From contig SVHT01000003.1 of NCBI GenBank assembly GCA_015055615.1, forward strand, positions 59,669 through 123,668: a stretch of 64,000 nucleotides of DNA, given 5' to 3'. The DNA comes from Clostridiales bacterium (lineage in GTDB: Bacteria; Bacillota; Clostridia; Christensenellales; Borkfalkiaceae). Below, one piece after another: positions 26,416 to 36,014 of this stretch; position 1 is the stretch's first letter; each line of letters starts with the position of its first letter. Both the position numbers and the translations under genes were made by a program. Below the pieces are notes generated by a model. That model searched no databases. It worked only from the letters and a program-made list of their open reading frames with translations, and was not told the DNA's origin.

Positions 26416-27495
26416 ATGCAAAAAAAGGGAATAAAGGGGCAAAGTTTGTCGCATAATCAAGCCATGGAAAACAAACAAGAAAACAAACAAGAACTTACGA
26501 AAGGGGTGGTTTTGCCGAACGAACACAAGGACGGCGTGGTAATTTCCACCAAGGAAGCGGCGGAATATTGCGAATTTAAAAAACAGAGAAAGCGCGCGGA
26601 TATCCGCAATGCAATCGTCAAATCGGAAGGGGTTTTGACGAACAACGGCGAAGTGAAAAAGATACTCGAACGCGCAGTAAAACACCGTCAGGCGGCGGTG
26701 CGTATGACGCCTGCTATGCTCGAATACGTCCGTCCATGGGTGGTGACGAGCGGCGTTAAGGTCGATTGCTTAATCGGCGGTAACGGCGACACCTTATCCA
26801 AGGTCAAAGTATACGAGGCGAAATGCGCGCTGAAAATGAAGGCGAGGGAATTGACGGTGACGATTTCTCCGTCCATGCTGGCGGATTGCCGTTTCGCGGG
26901 GATACGCAAGGAACTGAAACGTTTGCGCCGTGTGGCGGGTAAGTCCGTTTTGAAAGCGCGGATAGAGAAACGCTGTTCGCCCGAGCGGTTGGCGAGTATG
27001 GAAAAAATTTGTTCGGACGTGGGCGTGGATTATCTGTCCATACCCTATTACGACGGGTGCGAGCGGGCGAAAATGGGCTTGGCTGGAAACTGTCGCTTGG
27101 AAGTGTTCGGTGTGGACAGTTTGCCCGTGTATCAAAGATTGGTGGCGTCGGGGGTGGCGCGGATTGTCACCGAACGGGTAGAAGAAATTCAAGCGGAATG
27201 GCTGAAAGAAGTGGAACAGATAACCTTTCCGAAACTGTTGGCGCAGGCAAGGCGCGAGGAGGAAAAAACGCAACCGCCCGCCGTGGTTGACGCTCTGAAA
27301 AACACGTGTGAAAACGTGATAAAAACGGAGCAACCGAAAGAAGAAAGCAAGCGGACGGAGGGCATAACGGCGAAAGAACCTATGGCGCAAAAGGAAGAGG
27401 TCAAAGAAGAGAAGAAGACGGACGAGAGGACGTTGCGGGAAAAAGAAAACGATTATCAATGCCGTTTGGAAGGGAAGGAATTGAAATTTTTATAA
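26416..27495 (+). CDS. DeoC/aldolase-fold-like protein lacking the catalytic lysines, with a K/E-rich C-terminal tail
   Basis: By-eye alignment to deoxyribose-phosphate aldolase: AAVRMTP~ASVCVNP, VDCLIGGNG~VCTVIGFPLG, VLKARIEK~LVKVIIET, VGVDYLSIPYY~AGADFVKTSTG. The start is uncertain (26416 or 26464). Confidence 0.45.
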   Translation: MQKKGIKGQSLSHNQAMENKQENKQELTKGVVLPNEHKDGVVISTKEAAEYCEFKKQRKRADIRNAIVKSEGVLTNNGEVKKILERAVKHRQAAVRMTPAMLEYVRPWVVTSGVKVDCLIGGNGDTLSKVKVYEAKCALKMKARELTVTISPSMLADCRFAGIRKELKRLRRVAGKSVLKARIEKRCSPERLASMEKICSDVGVDYLSIPYYDGCERAKMGLAGNCRLEVFGVDSLPVYQRLVASGVARIVTERVEEIQAEWLKEVEQITFPKLLAQARREEEKTQPPAVVDALKNTCENVIKTEQPKEESKRTEGITAKEPMAQKEEVKEEKKTDERTLREKENDYQCRLEGKELKFL

Positions 27496-27509
27496 GGATA
27501 GCGGATATA

Positions 27510-27546
27510 GGGCGGTACGTAGGGTTGCGTACCGCCCCATTTTTTC
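27510..27546 (+). terminator. Rho-independent terminator
   Basis: Perfect 10-bp stem GGGCGGTACG / CGTACCGCCC, followed by CATTTTTT. Confidence 0.7.
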
Positions 27547-27613
27547 ATAAAAAGGCGGGGGACGGGTGTGAACGAAAGGCATAAACACGCTTGTTTGGGC
27601 ATAGGATAACGGT

Positions 27614-28321
27614 ATGAAAAAACTGTTTTTTGCATGTGTATTCGGGGTGGTTTTGATGTTTGTTTCGGCGGTGGGCTTGTGCGCGCAGGCGCTCGCTTTA
27701 CCGCAGGCGGTCGGCGCGTTTGACGACGGGGGGATGCGGATTGTCGTGGACGCGGGGCACGGCGGTGTGGACGGCGGTGTGAGTGGAATAGATACGGGGG
27801 TAAAGGAAAGCGACGTCAACTTGGCAATTTCCTATTGTGTAAAGGAAAAATTGGAAGAATTGGGGTTTGACGTCACGATGACGAGAAAGACGGAAGGGGG
27901 CTTGTACGGAGCGCCGACAAAGGGTTTTAAACGGCGGGATATGGAGCAACGGCGGGAAATTATCGAAAGGACGGCTCCCGTTTTGGTGCTTTCCATACAC
28001 CAAAATTTTTATTCTTCTCGCGCCGTTCGAGGCGGGCAAGTCTTTTACAACGCCGGCAATCAAAAAAGCGCCATTTTGGGTAAAACCCTACAGACGTATC
28101 TTAACGAACTCTATAAAACGGCGGGGGCAAAGGCGCGCGAAGCCAAGGCGGGGGAGTATTTTATGTTGCAATGTACCCCCTACCCGACCGTAATTGTGGA
28201 GTGCGGTTTTTTATCCAACGGCGCGGATGAAAAATTGCTTTGCTCGGATGGGTGGAAAAATCGTTTGGCGGAGCAAATCGGCGCGGGGGTGTTGGCGTAC
28301 TTATCCGAAAATCTCGCCTAA
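27614..28321 (+). CDS. N-acetylmuramoyl-L-alanine amidase (CwlD-like, Amidase_3)
   Basis: Signal/anchor sequence, then VVDAGHGGVDGG, E.D.NL and LSIHQN zinc-amidase motifs. Confidence 0.8.
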   Translation: MKKLFFACVFGVVLMFVSAVGLCAQALALPQAVGAFDDGGMRIVVDAGHGGVDGGVSGIDTGVKESDVNLAISYCVKEKLEELGFDVTMTRKTEGGLYGAPTKGFKRRDMEQRREIIERTAPVLVLSIHQNFYSSRAVRGGQVFYNAGNQKSAILGKTLQTYLNELYKTAGAKAREAKAGEYFMLQCTPYPTVIVECGFLSNGADEKLLCSDGWKNRLAEQIGAGVLAYLSENLA

Positions 28322-28471
28322 TAAGGGCGCATTTTTCAAGGCGCCGAGCCAACTTCCGTTTCCGCATAGCGGAAAGATATACGCAAACGCGTGAAAAATG
28401 TTGCCGAAACGCTTGTATTTTTCTTCGGGATATGGTATAATAAGTCGATTAGAAAAAACGGCGGGAAGAAT

Positions 28472-28918
28472 ATGCTGACAAATAGAGCGGTTTTAACGAA
28501 AACGGAAGCGGCGCAAATCAGCGCGGTCACTCTTGCGTTTGTGGGGGATACGGTGTATTCTCTGTACGTTCGCGAGCGGTTGACGCTGGAAGTGGGCGGA
28601 AAGTCGTCCGACTTGCAAAAATGCGCGGCGCGTATCGTGTCGGCAAAGGGACAAAGTGAGTTTTTGGACAAGCTGTTGCCCCTATTGACGGAAGAGGAAA
28701 CGGACGTGTTCCGCCGTGCAAAAAACGCAAAAAAGGGCGCGAAGAGCAAGAGCGCGAGCCATTTGGAATACAACCGTTCGACGGGCTTTGAGGCGGTGCT
28801 CGGCTATTTGTATCTCATTGGCGAAGAGGGACGGATAAAGGAATTGCTTGCCCACAGCGACAGCTCGGAATATCAAAAGACGGAAACGGCGCAGGCGTTC
28901 AAGCCCGTCAAAAGGTAA
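28472..28918 (+). CDS. mrnC: Mini-ribonuclease 3
   Basis: LAFVGDTVYSLYVRE and NRSTGFEAVLGYLYL motifs. Sits in the conserved mrnC-rlmB-sigH order. Confidence 0.85.
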   Translation: MLTNRAVLTKTEAAQISAVTLAFVGDTVYSLYVRERLTLEVGGKSSDLQKCAARIVSAKGQSEFLDKLLPLLTEEETDVFRRAKNAKKGAKSKSASHLEYNRSTGFEAVLGYLYLIGEEGRIKELLAHSDSSEYQKTETAQAFKPVKR

Positions 28919-28929
28919 AGGACAAAGGT

Positions 28930-29646
28930 ATGAAAACGGAAGGAAGAAACGCGGTTATTGAGCTGCTGAAAACGGATAAAAACATTGATAAACTGCTCCT
29001 TGAAAAGGGCGCGCAAGGCTCGTTGGGGCTGATTTTTGCGGAGGCGCGCAAGAAGGATATCCGCGTACAATTCGTGGACAAGCGGGTGCTTGATAAAGAG
29101 AGCGAAACCAAGCGTCATCAAGGCGTCATTGCGTTTACGACCGACTACGAATATTACGATTTGGACGACATTATCGCGGAAAAGAAGAGCGAAAAGGGCG
29201 GTTTTATCGTGCTTTGCGACGGAATCGAGGACGTGCATAACCTCGGCAGTATTATCCGTGTGGCGGAGTGCGCGGGCGCGGACGGCGTGGTAATTCCCAA
29301 GGCGGGCAGCGCGTCGGTGACCGAGGCGGTTATCCGCATTTCCGCAGGCGCAGCCGAGCATATGAAGGTCGCCAAGGTATCCAACCTCAACCAAGCGGTG
29401 GAAAAATTGCAAAAATCGGGGTATTGGGTATACGCCTTAGAGGCGGGTGGCGAGGATATTTATCAAGAAAAATTCGATGGCAACGTGGCGCTGATCGTCG
29501 GCGGCGAGGATAGCGGTGTAAAGCGTTTGACGAAGGAAAAATGCGACAAAATTCTGTCCTTGCCTTTACAAGGCAAAGTCAATTCCCTCAACGCCTCGGT
29601 GGCGCTCGGGATTGCGGCGTACGAAGTGGTGCGTAACAGATTATAA
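28930..29646 (+). CDS. rlmB: 23S rRNA (guanosine-2'-O)-methyltransferase, TrmH/RlmB family
   Basis: SpoU motifs: DGIEDVHNLGSIIR, ALIVGGEDSGV, SLNASVA. Confidence 0.85.
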   Translation: MKTEGRNAVIELLKTDKNIDKLLLEKGAQGSLGLIFAEARKKDIRVQFVDKRVLDKESETKRHQGVIAFTTDYEYYDLDDIIAEKKSEKGGFIVLCDGIEDVHNLGSIIRVAECAGADGVVIPKAGSASVTEAVIRISAGAAEHMKVAKVSNLNQAVEKLQKSGYWVYALEAGGEDIYQEKFDGNVALIVGGEDSGVKRLTKEKCDKILSLPLQGKVNSLNASVALGIAAYEVVRNRL

Positions 29647-29680
29647 TTCAAAGGGACAAACGCACGCAAAAGGATAAAAA

Positions 29681-30259
29681 ATGCAAAACGCTTACGAAGA
29701 AAAAACGGACGAAAAGCTGGTGGAGCTTTCTAAACTTGGGGACAAGCAAGCGGTAGACGCGTTGATGTTGCGTTATTCGGGGCTTGTCCGTGGGATTGCG
29801 CGCGGTTTTTTCTTGGCGGGTGGCGAAACGGAAGATTTGATACAAGAGGGTATGATTGGTCTGTACCATGCGGTGGGCGATTACAAATCGGGCGCAGGTA
29901 GCAGCAGTTTTAAAAACTTTGCTCATCTTTGCGTAACAAGGCGTATTATGGACGCGGTAAGAACGGCGGCGAGAAAGAAAAACGCGCCGTTGAACGACGG
30001 GCTTAGCACGTACGAATTGGACGTGGCGACGGACACGGCACTCTCCCCCGAGGACGCGATGATTTTGCAGGACGACCGCAGAGAGCTCCGTCAAAAAATG
30101 AGCAAAGCTCTGTCCGATTTCGAGTTCAAGGTAATGACGATGTATATGGACGGTATGTCTTGCGCAGAGATATGCGAGGCGACGGGGAAAATTGCGAAAA
30201 GCGTGGACAACGCTATTCAGCGTAGCAAGCGTAAATTGCAGGAAGTATTCAAAAAATAA
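29681..30259 (+). CDS. sigH: Sporulation/transition-state sigma factor SigH
   Basis: DLIQEGMIGLYHAV..., F..FA.LC.TR.I..A...A.R.K and SVDNAIQR.KRKL closely follow the SigH pattern. Conserved position after rlmB. Confidence 0.8.
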   Translation: MQNAYEEKTDEKLVELSKLGDKQAVDALMLRYSGLVRGIARGFFLAGGETEDLIQEGMIGLYHAVGDYKSGAGSSSFKNFAHLCVTRRIMDAVRTAARKKNAPLNDGLSTYELDVATDTALSPEDAMILQDDRRELRQKMSKALSDFEFKVMTMYMDGMSCAEICEATGKIAKSVDNAIQRSKRKLQEVFKK

Positions 30260-30304
30260 TCAACGAAACAAACGAAAAAAACGAACGAAAAAAGGATAAA
30301 CAGT

Positions 30305-32053
30305 ATGGCACATCTGGCGTTATACCGCATGTTCCGACCGACCGCGCTTAACGACGTGGTCCGCCAAGAGCATATCGTAACGGTGTTAAAAAATCAGATA
30401 GAAACGGGCAGAATCGGACACGCTTACCTCTTTTGCGGTCCGCGCGGAACGGGGAAAACGAGTATCGCGAAAATTTTTGCTGCGGCAATTAATTGTATTT
30501 CGCCCGTGGACGGTTCGGCGTGCGGAAAATGCGAGGCGTGTAAGGCGCTCAAAGACCCGTCCAATCTCGACATTGCGGAAATCGACGCGGCGTCTAACAA
30601 CGGTGTGGACGAAATGCGCGACTTGCGCGAAAAGGTGCAATATCCCCCCGTTGCGGGTAAGTACAAAGTATATATCATCGACGAGGTACACATGCTCTCG
30701 CCCGGCGCGTTCAACGCCCTGTTAAAGACGTTGGAAGAGCCCCCTGCGCATGCGGTGTTCATTTTAGCGACGACAGAGTCTCAAAAAATTCCCGCAACCA
30801 TACTTTCGCGGTGTATGCGCTTTGATTTTAAATTGATTCCGCAGGCGGATTTGGAGGCGAGATTGCGCTACGTATTCGACCGCATTGGTAAGACGTACGA
30901 GCCCGAGGCGATTGCGGCGATTGCGCGCGCAGGCGCGGGTAGTGTACGCGATATGCTCTCCGTGGCGGATACTTGCGTGTCGTATACGAGCGGTAAATTG
31001 ACCTACGCAGACGTAACCACGGTGCTGGGTAATGCCGATTTTTCGTCGATTGCAAAACTTTGCGCGGCGGTGCTTAACGGGGATAACGGCGAAGCGTTTG
31101 AACGGACGGAATCCTTTCTTGCGGAGGGCAAAAACGAGGGAATGCTCTTAAAGGACGCGCTGAATTTCCTCAACGCCTGCGCGGTGGCGAAAACTTGCCG
31201 AGACGGACAGGCTATTTTGGCGTTGCCCGACGCTATGTATGCGGAAGTGGCAAAGATTGCAAAGGTGACGGACGGGCATAGATTGCTCCGCGTGACCGAG
31301 ATTTTTGCGGAAGTGGAAACCAATTTAAAATATTCCGCATCTCCTCGTATTTTGTTGGAAACGGCGGTATTGAAAGCGAGTATGCCTGCGGTTGATTACG
31401 ACATAGAGGCGCTTTTGGGGCGCATTGCGACGTTGGAAGAAAAGCTGGCAAACGGCGTAACGGTAAACATAACGGCGACGCCTACGATAAAGGCGGAAGA
31501 ACCGACGATAAAAGCGGAAAAAACCGTCGTAGCCCCCGCGGTGGAAACCAAAGCGGAGATAGAAGAAGTGGAAGACGTGCCCGAAGGGGTATACGTACCG
31601 CCCGACGAGGACGTGCCCCCCGACGAAACGCTGACGGGCGGGTATGCGTATTTTGACCCGTCGGATATTCCGAAAGAGGAAAAACCGAAGATTGCCCCCC
31701 AACCCCAAACGGCAAAACCCGTAAGAGTAGCGGTGGCTGGCAACGGCAAAGCGACCTTCGGCGGTTTTTTAAGAAGTCTGCGCAAAATTGCGCGTAGTGG
31801 CGTACTGCTTACCCTTTGTATGGATTTGGAGTGTGAATACGAGGGCGATTTGTTCGTGCTCTATACGACGAGTGACACGGTGTTCCGTTCCTTAAAAAAG
31901 GAAAACCATTACGCCTTGATTGAGCAAGCGTTGGCAGAGGTTGGCGTTGCGCAGTTCGAGGTGCGACTTCGAGGCAAAAAAGGGGATAACTTTCAGCAGG
32001 GCGTAAACGAGATTAAAGAAACGTTCGCTGGCGTGAAGGTGGAAATTAAATAA
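30305..32053 (+). CDS. dnaX: DNA polymerase III subunit gamma/tau
   Basis: HAYLFCGPRGTGKTS Walker A, zinc module CGKCEAC, and KVYIIDEVHML. Confidence 0.9.
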   Translation: MAHLALYRMFRPTALNDVVRQEHIVTVLKNQIETGRIGHAYLFCGPRGTGKTSIAKIFAAAINCISPVDGSACGKCEACKALKDPSNLDIAEIDAASNNGVDEMRDLREKVQYPPVAGKYKVYIIDEVHMLSPGAFNALLKTLEEPPAHAVFILATTESQKIPATILSRCMRFDFKLIPQADLEARLRYVFDRIGKTYEPEAIAAIARAGAGSVRDMLSVADTCVSYTSGKLTYADVTTVLGNADFSSIAKLCAAVLNGDNGEAFERTESFLAEGKNEGMLLKDALNFLNACAVAKTCRDGQAILALPDAMYAEVAKIAKVTDGHRLLRVTEIFAEVETNLKYSASPRILLETAVLKASMPAVDYDIEALLGRIATLEEKLANGVTVNITATPTIKAEEPTIKAEKTVVAPAVETKAEIEEVEDVPEGVYVPPDEDVPPDETLTGGYAYFDPSDIPKEEKPKIAPQPQTAKPVRVAVAGNGKATFGGFLRSLRKIARSGVLLTLCMDLECEYEGDLFVLYTTSDTVFRSLKKENHYALIEQALAEVGVAQFEVRLRGKKGDNFQQGVNEIKETFAGVKVEIK

Positions 32054-32102
32054 CGAAAAAAAATAAAAAATTACGATAGAAAAAATCGGAGGGAAAAGAA
32101 AA

Positions 32103-32435
32103 ATGGCTGGATTTAAAGGCGGTAACAACAACATGCAAAATCTGATGCGTCAGGCGCAGAAAATGCAGGAAGAAATGGAAAAGACGGCAGAGCTTTTGGA
32201 CGATTGGGAAGTGGTCGGTACGGCGGCTGGCGAAGCGGTGGTCGTGTACATGAACGCAAAGAAAATCATCAACGGTATCGAGTTGGACGAAAGCATTGTT
32301 GACCCCACGGACGTGGAAATGTTGGAAGACTTGATTATGGCCGCCATCAACGACGGTTATGCTAAGGCTGACAAAGTCTATGAAGAAAAGATGGGCAAAT
32401 ACGGCGACATGGGCGCGCTTGGGGGTATGATTTAA
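32103..32435 (+). CDS. ybaB: Nucleoid-associated protein YbaB/EbfC
   Basis: NMQNLMRQAQKMQEEM N-terminus. Conserved dnaX-ybaB-recR order. Confidence 0.9.
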   Translation: MAGFKGGNNNMQNLMRQAQKMQEEMEKTAELLDDWEVVGTAAGEAVVVYMNAKKIINGIELDESIVDPTDVEMLEDLIMAAINDGYAKADKVYEEKMGKYGDMGALGGMI

Positions 32436-32438
32436 TCG

Positions 32439-33032
32439 ATGGATATTTTTATCGAGCCGATCGGGAAACTCGTCAACGAGTTTTCCAAACTTCCCGGGGT
32501 AGGGAAGAAAACGGCGCAACGGTACGCCTATAAAATTATCGATATGCCCGAGGCGGAGGCTCGCGCCTTTGCGGACGCTATTTTGGGTGTAAAACGCAAG
32601 GTTAAATATTGCAAAACCTGTGGCAATTTTACCGAGGAGGAAACCTGCGGTATTTGTCGCACGAGAGAGCAAAACGTGATTTGCGTTGTCAAGGAGCCCA
32701 AGGACGTTGCGGCGATTGAAAAATTGCACGAGTTTAAGGGCGTATATCACGTTTTACACGGCGTTATCGACCCGTTGTCGGGGATAGGCCCTAACGATAT
32801 CCGCATACGGGAACTGCTCGCGCGGATTTCGGGCGGCGACGTAAAGGAGGTTATCGTAGCGACGAACCCCGACGTGTCGGGGGACGCCACGGCGATGTAT
32901 ATCGCGAAATTGATTAAACCGTTGGGGGTAGACGTTACCCGTTTGGCGCACGGTATTCCCATCGGTTCGGAAATCGAATACACCGACGACGTAACCTTGG
33001 CAAGGGCGTTTGTCGAGCGCAATAAACTTTAA
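32439..33032 (+). CDS. recR: Recombination protein RecR
   Basis: LPGVGKKTAQR HhH, CX2CX..CX2C zinc finger, and Toprim region VKEPKDV...VIVATNP. Confidence 0.95.
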   Translation: MDIFIEPIGKLVNEFSKLPGVGKKTAQRYAYKIIDMPEAEARAFADAILGVKRKVKYCKTCGNFTEEETCGICRTREQNVICVVKEPKDVAAIEKLHEFKGVYHVLHGVIDPLSGIGPNDIRIRELLARISGGDVKEVIVATNPDVSGDATAMYIAKLIKPLGVDVTRLAHGIPIGSEIEYTDDVTLARAFVERNKL

Positions 33033-33051
33033 AAAAGGGGAGGAGTTCCTT

Positions 33052-34035
33052 ATGAAAATATCAGTATTAGGTTGTGGGCGTTGGGGCTCGTTTATCGCGT
33101 GGTATCTTTGCAATCACGGACACGACGTATATTCTTGGGGACCCGAAGACGATTATTCGTACAAGGTTTTGCGGGATACGGGCAAAAACGAATACGTGGA
33201 TTTGGACAGCCGTATCCACCTTACGTGTGATTTGAAAGAGGCGATTGAGCACGCGGAAACGATTATCATTTCCATTTCCTCGCAAGGTTTGCGCGGTTTC
33301 ATGAAACGCATTACGGAATACGACGTTTCGGAAAAGAACTTCGTTTTGTGCATGAAGGGCATCGAAGTATCGACGGGCTGCCGCTTGTCGCAGGTGCTTA
33401 CCGAAAGCGGTATCGATTCGCAAAAAATTGCGGCGTGGGTTGGACCGGGACATATTCAGGCGTTTACCGCTGGAATTCCCAACTGTATGGTTATCGACTC
33501 GGCAAACCCCGAACTCAAAGTGCGTCTTGCCAACGAGTTTAAGAGCGATTTAATCCGCTTTTATTACGGCGAAGATTTGATTGGTACGGAGCTTGGCGCG
33601 GCGGCGAAAAACGTTATGGGCATCGTCGCGGGCGTTTTGGACGGTTGCGGATACGTGGCGCTCAAAGGTTCTTTGATGACGCGTGGCGCGCGCGAAGTGG
33701 CGCGTTTAATTAAGGCGATGGGCGGTAACGAGCTGTCGGCGTACGGCTTGGCGCATTTGGGGGATTACGAGGCGACGCTGTTTAGCGAGTTTTCGCATAA
33801 CCGCAAATACGGCGAAATGTTGGTGCAGGACGCGAAGTTTGAAAAGCTGGCGGAAGGCGTAGCGACGGCGGCGGCAATGAAGAAACTCGGCGAACAATAC
33901 GGTGTAGATTTGCCTATTACCAACGCGGTGTACGAAATTTGTTACGGCCAAAGCGACGAACCCTATCGCGACCGCTGTATGAAGGTGTTGGCAAAACTCT
34001 TTGAAAGAGATACAAAATCGGAGTTTTATTCTTAA
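33052..34035 (+). CDS. gpsA: NAD(P)H-dependent glycerol-3-phosphate dehydrogenase
   Basis: MKISVLGCGRWGS Rossmann N-terminus and KGIE, GAAAKNV motifs. GGGGAGGAG RBS. Confidence 0.8.
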   Translation: MKISVLGCGRWGSFIAWYLCNHGHDVYSWGPEDDYSYKVLRDTGKNEYVDLDSRIHLTCDLKEAIEHAETIIISISSQGLRGFMKRITEYDVSEKNFVLCMKGIEVSTGCRLSQVLTESGIDSQKIAAWVGPGHIQAFTAGIPNCMVIDSANPELKVRLANEFKSDLIRFYYGEDLIGTELGAAAKNVMGIVAGVLDGCGYVALKGSLMTRGAREVARLIKAMGGNELSAYGLAHLGDYEATLFSEFSHNRKYGEMLVQDAKFEKLAEGVATAAAMKKLGEQYGVDLPITNAVYEICYGQSDEPYRDRCMKVLAKLFERDTKSEFYS

Positions 34036-34069
34036 ATCACACAATTTTATAAAGCGTACATAGAAACAG

Positions 34070-34100
34070 CCTCGGCGCATAACGTCGGGGTTTTTCTTTT
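34070..34100 (+). terminator. Terminator after gpsA
   Basis: 8-bp stem CCTCGGCG / CGTCGGGG (two G-U pairs) with a 5-nt loop, then TTTTTCTTTT. Confidence 0.55.
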
Positions 34101-34249
34101 GCGAAAAAGAATAAAAAGGCGGAAAAAACGCAAGCTGTTTTTATGGGGAAAATTAAAATTTTTAACGGCGACGGGAAGAGCCGTGACGAGCGGGAAACAT
34201 GCTTTCCCATAATAGATAAAAATGGACAAACGACGGGGGAGGGTACGCG

Positions 34250-34702
34250 ATGACGGGCAAAAATAAGAAAAATCAAAACGAAAATTATATACGGTACGTG
34301 CATTCGTTCGATCCCCCTACGCAGCATTTTAAAAACTGTTTCCGCGCGTTTTTGGTGGGAGGTTTAATTTGTTGCGTCGGGCAATTTTTTCGGGTGATTT
34401 TAGAGCAGACGACGTCGCTTAGCGGGGACGAGCTTGCCTCGGCGGTCAGCGTACTCTTGATTTTTATGGGAACGCTATTGACGGGGTTGGGTGTGTACGA
34501 CCGCATTGGTCGCAATGCAGGCGCGGGTTCGATTGTGCCGATTACGGGCTTTGCCAACAGCGTTTCTTCGCCCGCTATCGAGTTCAAAACGGAAGGCTTG
34601 GTATACGGGCTGGCTGCGAAAATGTTCGTCGTGGCAGGACCTATAATCGTGTACGGCGTTTTGGCTGGCGCGGCGGTAGGCGTCGTGTATCTATTTTTAT
34701 AA
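34250..34702 (+). CDS. spoVAC: Stage V sporulation protein AC
   Basis: FLVGGLICCVGQ, LTGLGVYDRIG..AGAGSIVPITGFANS closely match SpoVAC. Confidence 0.85.
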   Translation: MTGKNKKNQNENYIRYVHSFDPPTQHFKNCFRAFLVGGLICCVGQFFRVILEQTTSLSGDELASAVSVLLIFMGTLLTGLGVYDRIGRNAGAGSIVPITGFANSVSSPAIEFKTEGLVYGLAAKMFVVAGPIIVYGVLAGAAVGVVYLFL

Positions 34703-34727
34703 AACAAGGGGGGACGGTACGCAAGCA

Positions 34728-35768
34728 ATGCAAACAATACGCTTTAAAAATATGCCAAAAATCGTGGCGACGGGTACGATTGCAGGGCCGAAAGAATGCG
34801 CGGGCGTGGTCGGGAAATACGTGGACAAAACGCTCTCGGACGATACCTTTGGCGAGAGTACGTACGAAAAGGCGGAGTGTAAAATGCTCTCGTACGCCAT
34901 TTCGCAGACAATCGAAAACGCAGGAAAACGCGAAACGGACGTTGACTTACTCGTTTCGGGGGATTTGCTCAACCAAATCATTTCCGCGTCCTTTGCCGCG
35001 CGAGATTTTGAAACGCCCTTTTTGGGGGTGTATAGCGCGTGTTCTACGATGACGGAGAGTATGGCGGTAGCGGCGGCGCTCGTCAATGCTGGCTATTATA
35101 AAAACGTCGTGGCGGCAACGGGTAGTCACTTCGCCTCGGCAGAGCGACAATACCGCTATCCCTTGGAGCTTGGCAATACCCGCCCCCCGCAATCTCAATG
35201 GACGGTGACGGGGGCAGGGGGCGCGTTTATCACGTCTGCCAATGAAGAAAATCGTGTAAAAAACACCCAAAAAAACGCCGAAAAAGATGCCGAAAACGCG
35301 CCTGCGATTACCTTTGCGACCTTTGGCAGAGTGGTTGATTTTGGGATTACGGACGTGAACAATATGGGCGCGGCAATGGCGCCTGCGGCGGCGCATACCA
35401 TTTTGACGCATTTGCGGGAAACGGGGCGGAGCGTGTCCGATTACGACCTGATTTTAACGGGGGATTTGGGGGCGCTCGGCAGTCGGATTTTAAAGGATTT
35501 GACGTGGGAAAAGGGGGTAGATATTCAACCCAACCACGTCGATTGCGGAGAGATTGTCTACAACGTTTTGGAAGACGAATTTCAAGGGGGCAGCGGGGCA
35601 GGGTGTAGCGCCGTCGTATTCAATGCGTATATATACCAAAAATTGCAAAAAAGAGAGATAAACCGCGTGTTATTTGCGGCGACGGGCGCCCTTCTTTCCA
35701 CCGTTTCCAGCGCGCAGGGCGAGAGTATCCCTTGTATCTGCCATGCAATCAGTATCGAAAACGTATAA
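34728..35768 (+). CDS. spoVAD: Stage V sporulation protein AD
   Basis: Thiolase-like fold with the SpoVAD pattern (GPKE..G, GDLLNQ, YSACST, GGSGAGCSA). Immediately follows spoVAC. Confidence 0.85.
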   Translation: MQTIRFKNMPKIVATGTIAGPKECAGVVGKYVDKTLSDDTFGESTYEKAECKMLSYAISQTIENAGKRETDVDLLVSGDLLNQIISASFAARDFETPFLGVYSACSTMTESMAVAAALVNAGYYKNVVAATGSHFASAERQYRYPLELGNTRPPQSQWTVTGAGGAFITSANEENRVKNTQKNAEKDAENAPAITFATFGRVVDFGITDVNNMGAAMAPAAAHTILTHLRETGRSVSDYDLILTGDLGALGSRILKDLTWEKGVDIQPNHVDCGEIVYNVLEDEFQGGSGAGCSAVVFNAYIYQKLQKREINRVLFAATGALLSTVSSAQGESIPCICHAISIENV

Positions 35769-35873
35769 ACCGATTTATAACGTCTGCGTCGTTCGCTAAA
35801 ATGCGAGCGGCGCAGTTTTTGTGTTTAGACTGCGTTTGGTGTAAAAAATGCAATAAAAAAAGAAGAAAAGCTA

Positions 35874-35902
35874 TTGACATAAAGTGGAAAAAAGTATATA
35901 AT
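35874..35902 (+). promoter_or_regulatory. Sigma-A type promoter of the glycan/hexuronate gene block
   Basis: TTGACA, 17-nt spacer, TATAAT. Confidence 0.6.
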
Positions 35903-35909
35903 TTTGGTA

Positions 35910-35931
35910 ATACAAAATAATAATTTTGTAT
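35910..35931. promoter_or_regulatory. Candidate operator palindrome
   Basis: ATACAAAAT-AATA-ATTTTGTAT: perfect 9-bp arms, starting 8 nt after the -10 box. Confidence 0.45.
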
Positions 35932-36014
35932 ATATACTTTCCAATGCTGTCGTGCTATAATAAAGGTGCTATGCAAATGGCGCATACATGCTTTTTTAAG
36001 GAAGGGTAAAATTT

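Noticed and set aside
30260-30304. SRP RNA (scr/ffs) upstream of dnaX, as in Bacillus
   Set aside because: Only 45 nt separate sigH and dnaX, so there is no room for an SRP RNA.
34101-34249. Sigma-G/F promoter upstream of spoVAC
   Set aside because: A CATAATA -10-like box exists, but no GnATR element lies 16-18 nt upstream. The evidence is not good enough to call.
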